Shown here one piece after another: positions 56,601 to 64,000 of a stretch of DNA of 64,000 nucleotides (its first letter is position 1; each line of letters begins with the position of its first letter). A program made the translations under genes and the position numbers. A model generated the notes under the pieces. The model was given only the letters and a program-made list of their open reading frames with translations. It did no database searches and had not been told where the DNA came from. Location of the stretch: positions 39,737-103,736 of the forward strand of contig JAUCBJ010007236.1 of NCBI GenBank assembly GCA_032718475.1. Direction: 5' to 3'. The DNA comes from Nemertoderma westbladi (taxonomy: Eukaryota > Animalia > Xenacoelomorpha).

Positions 56601-57582
56601 CAAAGGGTTAACATAGGCCTACTGTGTGTATCTGTATCCACTGTATCGTTTATTGTTCTGTACACTGAACGTATAATAGGTGAGTAGGTATTCCAGAGAT
56701 TTTGAAATAGAGGTTTAAATTTTCAACTACAATTTGATACATTTTTGACAACCTTGAGAATATATTAAACTGAATCACGTAACTGCTATTGTACGAAATC
56801 CTATTGTCAATATGCTATACCATAAACGCGTGTGGGGAAAAAAAGCAGAATTGTCGACGAATGCAGTTGAAGAAGATACATAGAATATGAATTCTAACGT
56901 GGGGAAATCCTTACACGCAAAGGGGAAATAACATAAAATAGTCCAACACCAAATGTAGCAGAATAACGGAAGGCCAGATCAATAATTAGCTCATTATGTG
57001 TACCTAATCGGGTGACTATAATCCCTTCTAGACAAGGCGGCCTCCTCTGGCCCGGAGAAGTACCAATTGAAGATTACATTGATATCAAAACCGCCGACCT
57101 GGTATTGGCCATTCTCAGGGTAATGACTGTAGTGCAAGGTTTCTTCGTGTAACACGTCAATCATTGGTACCACAGCCGTTCGTCTGCGAAAATACTCGTC
57201 AAACAATTAATAATGGGGCAGAGAAAGGTTTTAAACGTTCCTTCTATGGCTATTGCTAATTTTCTTCCATACATAACATAATAATTAATTGAGTAATAAT
57301 GAGACAGAAAACGTTTTTCAACTAATTTACATTGAAAAGTAATTATAAATAAATATAATTTATTCTTAACTAACCGGTCCCAGGCTATTTCTGCCAGAAG
57401 TGGTTCCAGCCAGCCTCTGGTGCACTCGCAATGGGAATCTAAGAAGATTAGTACGGGACCGACGGCCCTGTCTGCGCCTGCTAATCGAGCCTGGATTAAA
57501 CCCGACCGGTTGATTAAACGTACTAAGTGGATTACCGTGCCCAGGTTGGCGATATACTCTTCAAGCTGTTTACCAAGATGAT
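44465..57582 (-). CDS. GALNT: Polypeptide N-acetylgalactosaminyltransferase (GT27, GALNT1/GALNT13-like), partial multi-exon gene; 5' and 3' exons lie outside the window
   Basis: The spliced exons give GT1 motifs ([20 protein letters not shown] with the DxH motif, GWLEPLL), the Gal/GalNAc-T motif ([36 protein letters not shown]), the linker ([14 protein letters not shown]) and ricin-B lectin repeats (CFD...[13 protein letters not shown]...[10 protein letters not shown]). All splice sites are GT-AG and phases agree across all junctions. The paralog assignment is by eye only. Confidence 0.95.
44788..44940 (-). mobile_element. Possible 3'-end remnant of a LINE (CR1/L2-like): stem-loop followed by an AATAAA/(TCTA)n tail
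   Basis: The minus strand reads AGGACCCCCTTGGAAATAAGCTGCAAAGCTTTAGGGGTTATCCTT (imperfect hairpin), then about 90 nt later ATAAATAAATCTATCTATCTA. This is a resemblance to LINE 3' ends only, with no coding remnant seen. Confidence 0.3.
45289..45428 (-). CDS. GALNT: GALNT exon, 140 nt, phase 1/0: end of catalytic domain and linker
   Basis: Acceptor cactttttag|CC. Translation: (S)[46 protein letters not shown]. Donor GCT|gtaagt. Confidence 0.93.
45544..45721 (-). CDS. GALNT: GALNT exon, 178 nt, phase 0/1: WQCGG, GHIFR and flexible-loop region
   Basis: Acceptor tttccctacag|ATC. Translation: [59 protein letters not shown]. Donor CCAT|gtaagt. Confidence 0.95.
45747..53348. repeat. Satellite array 2, 43-bp unit (+ strand GGGAGAGAGATGTGGTATGGGAAAGTAAGCAGCCAGATCTGTT), roughly 177 copies, intronic
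   Basis: Period is 43 (AGATCT at 45781 and 45824). The array fills nearly all of the intron 45722-53535. Confidence 0.99.
53536..53653 (-). CDS. GALNT: GALNT exon, 118 nt, phase 2/0: Gal/GalNAc-T motif
   Basis: Acceptor tttttaattacag|A. Translation: [39 protein letters not shown]. Donor AGA|gtgagt. Confidence 0.96.
54082..54255 (-). CDS. GALNT: GALNT alternative exon variant 3, 174 nt, phase 2/2
   Basis: Acceptor tttgttattccag|A. Translation: [57 protein letters not shown](R). Donor AG|gtagga. Confidence 0.85.
54496..54681 (-). CDS. GALNT: GALNT alternative exon variant 2, 186 nt, phase 2/2
   Basis: Acceptor ttttcccgttcag|T. Translation: [61 protein letters not shown](R). Donor CG|gtatgt. 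Confidence 0.85.
55081..55700 (+). mobile_element. Decayed non-LTR retrotransposon reverse transcriptase fragment (RTE-like)
   Basis: Frameshifted RT motifs appear in the expected order: [16 protein letters not shown] (about 55097), DLDFADDL (55248), [16 protein letters not shown] (55447), [16 protein letters not shown] and [12 protein letters not shown] (about 55662). It may extend to about 55890. Confidence 0.85.
55536..55600 (+). repeat. (TGGGCG)n microsatellite, about 11 copies
   Basis: Directly visible, inside the RT remnant. Confidence 0.97.
56034..56607. mobile_element. Non-autonomous piggyBac-like DNA transposon (MITE), 574 bp
   Basis: Flanked by TTAA at 56030-56033 and 56608-56611. 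The terminal inverted repeats CCCTTTGCATACCAA and TTGGTACGCAAAGGG match at 14 of 15 positions. It has internal palindromic repeats AAAGGCGGCA-nnn-TGCCGCC and no transposase ORF. Confidence 0.85.
57004..57183 (-). CDS. GALNT: GALNT alternative exon variant 1, 180 nt, phase 2/2
   Basis: Acceptor tattttcgcag|A. Translation: [59 protein letters not shown](R). Donor AG|gtacac. Confidence 0.88.
57375..57582 (-). CDS. GALNT: GALNT exon, 208 nt, phase 1/2: GT1 motif with DxH
   Basis: Acceptor cttattatag|AT. Translation: (D)[68 protein letters not shown](R). Donor CG|gttagt. Confidence 0.96.
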
Positions 57583-57609
57583 CTATAATAAGATTATACA
57601 ACATGAATA

Positions 57610-60600
57610 GTACTGGTATCGCCTACCAGTACTATATCCACTCACCCAGTGTGCTGGCATCGCCTACCAGTACTATATCCACTCACCCTGTGTGCTGGTA
57701 TCGTCTACCAGTACTATATCCGCTCACCCAGTGTGCTGGCATCGTCTACCAGTACTATCTCCACTCACCCTGTGTGCTGGCATCGTCTACCAGTACTATA
57801 TCCACTCACCCTGTGTGCTGGTATCGTCTACCAGTACTATATCCGCTCACCCAGTGTGCTGGCATCGTCTACCAGTACTGTCTCCACTCACCCAGTGTGC
57901 TGACATCGCCTACCAGTACTATCTCCACTCACCCAGTGTGCTGGCATCGTCTACCAGTACTATCTCCACTCACCCAGTGTGCTGACATCGTCTACCAGTA
58001 CTATATCCACTCACCCAGTGTGCTGGCATCGCCTACCAGTACTATATCCACTCACCCTATGTGCTGCATCGCCTACCAGCACTATCTCCACTCACCCAGT
58101 GTGCTGGCATCGCCTACCAGTACTATATCCACTCACCCAGTGTGCTGGCATCGCCTACCAGTACTATATCCACTCACCCAGTGTACTGGCATCGCCTACC
58201 AGCACTATATCCACTCACCCAGTGTGCTGGTATCGTCTACCAGTACCATCTCCACTCACCCAGTGTGCTGGCATCGCCTACCAGTACTATATCCGCTCAC
58301 CCAGTGTGCTGGCATCGTCTACCAGTACTGTCTCCACTCACCCAGTGTGCTGACATCGCCTACCAGTACTATATCCACTCACCCAGTGTGCTGGCATCGC
58401 CTACCAGTACTATATCCACTCACCCTGTGTGCTGCATCGCCTACCAGTACTATATCCACTCACCCAGTGTGCTGGCATCGCCTACCAGTACTATATCCAC
58501 TCACCCAGTGTACTGGCATCGCCTACCAGTACTATATCCACTCACCCAGTGAGGCTGACATCGCCTACCAGTACTATATCCACTCACCCCGTGTGCTGGC
58601 ATCCTCTACCAGTACTATATCCACTCATCCAGTGTGATGGCATCGCCTACCAGTACTATATCCACTCACCCAGTGTGCTGGCATCGTCTACCAGTACTAT
58701 ATCCACTCACCCTGTGTGCCGCATCGTCTACCAGTACTATCTCCACTCACCCTGTGTGCTGGCATCGTCTACCAGTACTATCTCCACTCACCCTGTGTGC
58801 TGACATCGTCTACCAGTACTATCTCCACTCACCCTGTGTGCTGGCATCGTCTACCAGTACTATATCCACTCACCCAATGTGCTGGCATCGTCTACCAGTA
58901 CTATATCCACTCACCCAGTGTGCTGGCATCGTCTACCAGTACTATATCCACTCCCCCAGTGTGTTGACATCGTCTACCAGTACTATATCCACTCACCCAG
59001 TGTGCTGGCAACGTCTACCAGTACTATATCCACTCACCCAGTGTGCTGGCATCGTCTACCAGTACTATATCCACTCCCCCAGTGTGCTGACATCGTCTAC
59101 CAGTACTATATCCACTCACCCAGTGTGCTGGCAACGTCTACCAGTACTATATCCACTCACCCAGTGTGCTGGCATCGTCTACCAGTACTATATCCACTCA
59201 CCCAGTGTGCTGACATCGTCTACCAGTACTATATCCACTCACCCAGTGTGCTGGCATCGCCTACCAGCACTATCTCCACTCACCCTGTGTGCCGCATCGT
59301 CTACAAGTACTATATCCGCTCACCCAGTGTGCTGGCATCGTCTACCAGTACTGTCTCCACTCACCCAGTGTGCTGGCATCGTCTACCAGTACTATATCCA
59401 CTCACCCAGTGTGCTGACAACGTTTACCAGTACTATCTCCACTCACCCAGTGTGCTGGCATCGTCTACCAGTACTATATCCACTCACCCAGTGTGCTGGC
59501 ATCGTCTACCAGTACTATCTCCACTCACCCTGTGTGCTGGCATCGTCTACCAGTACTATATCCACTCACCCTGTGTGCTGGCATCGCCTACCAGTACTAT
59601 ATCCACCCACCCTGTGTGTTAGCATCGTCTACCAGTACTATCTCCCCTCACCCTGTGTGCTGGCATCGTCTACCAGTACTATCTCCAGTCACCCAGTGTG
59701 CTGACATCGCCTACCAGTACTATATCCACTCACCCTGTGTGCTGGCATCGTCTACCAGTACTATCTCCACTCACCCAGTGTGCTGGCATCGTCTACCAGT
59801 ACTATCTCCACTCACCCTGTGTGCCGCATCGTCTACCAGTACTATATCCACTCACCCTGTGTGCCGCATCGTCTACCAGTACTATATCCACTCACCCAGT
59901 GAGCTGACATCGTCTACCAGTTCTATCTCCACTCACCCTGTGTGCTGGGATCGTCTACCAGTACTATATCCACTCACCAGTGTGATGGCATCGTCTACCA
60001 GTATTATCTCCACTCACCCTGTGTGCTGGCATCGTCTACCAGTACTATCTCCACTCACCCTGTGTGCTGGCATCATCTACCAGTACTATATCCACTCACC
60101 CTATGTGCTGGCATCGTCTACCAGTACTATATCCACTCACCCTGTGTGCTGGCATCGTCTACCAGTACTATCTCCACTCACCCTGTGTGCTGGCATCGTC
60201 TACCAGTACTATCTCCATTCACCCTGTGTGCTGGCATCGTCTACCAGTACTATCTCCTTCACACTGTGTGCTGGCATCGTCTACCAGTACTATCTCCACT
60301 CACCCAGTGTGCTGGCATCGTCTACCAGTACTATCTCCACTCACCCTGTGTGCTGGCATCATCTACCAGTACTATATCCACTCACCCTGTGTGCCGCATC
60401 GTCTACCAGTACTATCTCCACTCACCCTGTGTGCTGGCATCGTCTACCAGTACTATCTCCACTCACCCAGTGTGCTGGCATCGTCTACCAGTACTATCTC
60501 CACTCACCCTGTGTGCTGGCATCATCTACCAGTACTATATCCACTCACCCTGTGTGCCGCATCGTCTACCAGTACTATATCCACTCACCCAGTGTGCTGG

Positions 60601-63600
60601 CATCGTCTACCAGTACTATCTCCACTCACCCTGTGTGCTGGCATCATCTACCAGTACTATATCCACTCACCCTGTGTGCCGCATCGTCTACCAGTACTAT
60701 ATCCACTCACCCTGTGTGCTGGGATCGTCTACCAGTACTATATCCACTCACCAGTGTGATGGCATCGTCTACCAGTATTATATCCACTCACCCTGTGTGC
60801 TGGCATCGTCTACCAGTACTATCTCCACTCACCCTGTGTGCTGGCATCATCTACCAGTACTATATCCACTCACCCTATGTGCTGGCATCGTCTACCAGTA
60901 CTATATCCACTCCCCCAGTGTGCTGACATCGTCTACCAGTACTATATCCACTCACCCTGTGTGCTGGCATCGTCTACCAGTACTATCTCCACTCACCCTG
61001 TATGCTGGCAACGTCTACCAGTACTATATCCACTCACCAGTGTGCTGGCATCGTCTACCAGTACTATATCCACTCACCCAGTGTGCTGACATCGTCTACC
61101 AGTACTATATCCACCCACCCTGTGTGCTGGCAACGTCTACCAGTACTATCTCCACTCACCCTGTGTGCCGCATCGTCTACCAGTACTATATCCACTCACC
61201 CAGTGTGCTGGCATCGTCTACCAGTACTATATCCACTCACCCAGTGTGCTGACATCGTCTACCAGTACTATCTCCACTCACCCTGTGTGCTGGCAACGTC
61301 TACCAGTACTATATCCACTCACCCAGTGTGCTGGCATCGTCTACCAGTACTATATCCACTCCTCACCCAGTGTGCTGACATCGTCTACCAGTACTATATC
61401 CACCCACCCTGTGTGCTGGCATCGTCTACCAGTACTATCTCCACTCACCCTGTGTGCCGCATCGTCTACCAGTACTATATCCACTCACCCAGTGTGCTGA
61501 CATCGTCTACCAGTACTATATCCACCCACCCTGTGTGCTGGCATCGTCTACCAGTACTATCTCCACTCACCCTGTGTGCCGCATCGTCTACCAGTACTAT
61601 ATCCACTCACCCAGTGTGCTGACATCGTCTACCAGTACTATCTCCACTCACCCTGTGTGCTGGCATCGTCTACCAGTACTATCTCCACTCACCCTATGTG
61701 CTGGCATCGTCTACCAGTACTATATCCACTCCCCCAGTGTGCTGACATCGTCTACCAGTACTATATCCACTCACCCTGTGTGCTGGCATCGTCTACCAGT
61801 ACTATCTCCACTCACCCTGTATGCTGGCAACGTCTACCAGTACTATATCCACTCACCAGTGTGATGGCATCGTCTACCAGTACTATATCCACTCACCCAG
61901 TGTGCTGACATCGTCTACCAGTACTATATCCACCCACCCTGTGTGCTGGCAACGTCTACCAGTACTATCTCCACTCACCCTGTGTGCCGCATCGTCTACC
62001 AGTACTATATCCACTCACCCAGTGTGCTGGCATCGTCTACCAGTACTATATCCACTCACCCAGTGTGCTGACATCGTCTACCAGTACTATCTCCACTCAC
62101 CCTGTGTGCTGGCAACGTCTACCAGTACTATATCCACTCACCCAGTGTGCTGGCATCGTCTACCAGTACTATATCCACTCCTCACCCAGTGTGCTGACAT
62201 CGTCTACCAGTACTATATCCACCCACCCTGTGTGCTGGCAACGTCTACCAGTACTATCTCCACTCACCCTGTGTGCCGCATCGTCTACCAGTACTATATC
62301 CACTCACCCAGTGTGCTGACATCGTCTACCAGTACTATATCCACCCACCCTGTGTGCTGGCAACGTCTACCAGTACTATCTCCACTCACCCTGTGTGCCG
62401 CATCGTCTACCAGTACTATATCCACTCACCCAGTGTGCTGACATCGTCTACCAGTACTATATCCACCCACCCTGTGTGCTGGCAACGTCTACCAGTACTA
62501 TCTCCACTCACCCTGTGTGCCGCATCGTCTACCAGTACTATATCCACTCACCAAGTGTGCTGGCATCGTCTACCAGTACTATATCCACTCACCCAGTGTG
62601 CTGGCAACGTCTACCAGTACTATATCCACCCACCCAGTGTGCTGGCATCGCCTACCAGTACTATCTCCACTCACCCTGTGTGCTGGCATCGTCTACCAGT
62701 ACTATATCCACTCACCCTGTGTGCTGGCATCGCCTACCGGTACTATATCCACTCACCCTGTGTGTTAGCATCGTCTACCAGTACTATCTCCCCTCACCCT
62801 GTGTGCTGGCATCGTCTACCAGTACTATCTCCACTCACCCAGTGTGCTGACATCGCCTACCAGTACTATATCCACTCACCCAGTGTGCTGGCATCGTCTA
62901 CCAGTACTATCTCCACTTACCCAGTGTGCTGGCATCGTCTACCAGTACTATCTCCACTCACCCTGTGTGCCGCATCGTCTACCAGTACTATATCCACTCA
63001 CCCTGTGTGCCGCATCGTCTACCAGTACTATCTCCACTCACCCTGTGTGCTGGCATCGTCTACCAGTACATTATCCACTCACCCAGTGAGCTGACATCGT
63101 CTACCAGTACTATCTCCACTCACCCTGTGTGCTGGGATCGTCTACCAGTACTATATCCACTCACCAGTGTGATGGCATCGTCTACCAGTATTATCTCCAC
63201 TCACCCTGTGTGCTGGCATCGTCTACCAGTACTATCTCCACTCACCCTGTGTGCCGCATCGTCTACCAGTACTATATCCACTCACCCTGTGTGCCGCATC
63301 GTCTACCAGTACTATATCCACTCACCCAGTGAGCTGACATCGTCTACCAGTTCTATCTCCACTCACCCTGTGTGCTGGGATCGTCTACCAGTACTATATC
63401 CACTCACCAGTGTGATGGCATCGTCTACCAGTATTATCTCCACTCACCCTGTGTGCTGGCATCGTCTACCAGTACTATCTCCACTGACCCTGTGTGCTGG
63501 CATCATCTACCAGTACTATATCCACTCACCCTATGTGCTGGCATCGTCTACCAGTACTATATCCACTCACCCTGTGTGCTGGCATCGTCTACCAGTACCA

Positions 63601-64000
63601 TCTCCACTCACCCTGTGTGCTGGCATCGTCTACCAGTACTATCTCCACTCACCCTGTGTGCTGGCATCGTCTACCAGTACTATCTCCACTCACCCTGTGT
63701 GCTGGCATCGTCTACCAGTACTATATCCACTCACCCTGTGTGCCGCATCGTCTACCAGTACTATCTCCACTCACCCTGTGTGCTGGCATCGTCTACCAGT
63801 ACTATCTCCACTCACCCTGTGTGCTGGCATCGTCTACCAGTACAATCTCCACTCCACTCACCCTGTGTGCCGCATCGTCTACCAGTACTATCTCCACTCA
63901 CCCTGTGTGCTGGCATCGTCTACCAGTACTATCTCCACTCACCCTGTGTGCTGGCATCGTCTACCAGTACAATCTCCACTCCACTCACCCTGTGTGCTGG
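57610..64000. repeat. Satellite array 3, 41-bp unit (+ strand CC[A/T]GTGTGCTGGCATCGTCTACCAGTACTAT[A/C]TCCACTCAC), roughly 156 copies in the window, continues past the right edge
   Basis: Period is 41 (CTCACC at 57641 and 57682), with 40-bp variants (GTGCCGCATC, CTCACCAGTG). Confidence 0.99.

Noticed and set aside
54082-57183. The three homologous exons as pieces of separate tandem GALNT genes
   Set aside because: Only this one exon is triplicated. The flanking exons are single-copy and collinear.
57603-63332. Many overlapping plus-strand ORFs with mucin-like SSTSTIST or Cys/His-rich repeats
   Set aside because: These are antisense translations of the 41-bp satellite in all frames, with no independent coding signal.

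Overview
This is eukaryotic, intron-rich DNA, probably animal, and about 58 of the 64 kb is tandem repeat. The only host gene is an internal part of a minus-strand polypeptide N-acetylgalactosaminyltransferase gene (ppGalNAc-T/GALNT family, GT27 catalytic domain plus ricin-B lectin). I reconstructed it by hand from canonical GT-AG exons with consistent phases: 57582-57375, then one of 57183-57004, 54681-54496 or 54255-54082, then 53653-53536, 45721-45544, 45428-45289 and 44698-44465. The gene runs off both ends of the window. Two things stand out. (1) All three large satellite arrays are tandem amplifications of this gene's own exon-intron junctions. The 32/33-bp array (1-44494) is the lectin exon end [10 protein letters not shown] plus its 5' splice site. 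The 41-bp array (57610-64000) is the exon end EIVLVDDAST plus a GTGAGT donor. The 43-bp array (45747-53348) is a 3' splice site plus the first exon bases. The introns therefore contain roughly 150 to 1,400 decoy splice sites each. (2) Three diverged, intact, homologous phase-2/2 exons encode the acceptor-peptide-binding segment of the catalytic domain, the pattern expected of mutually exclusive splicing. The introns also hold a decayed RTE-type LINE fragment, a TTAA piggyBac-like MITE and a (TGGGCG)n microsatellite. The giant plus-strand ORFs are repeat artefacts.
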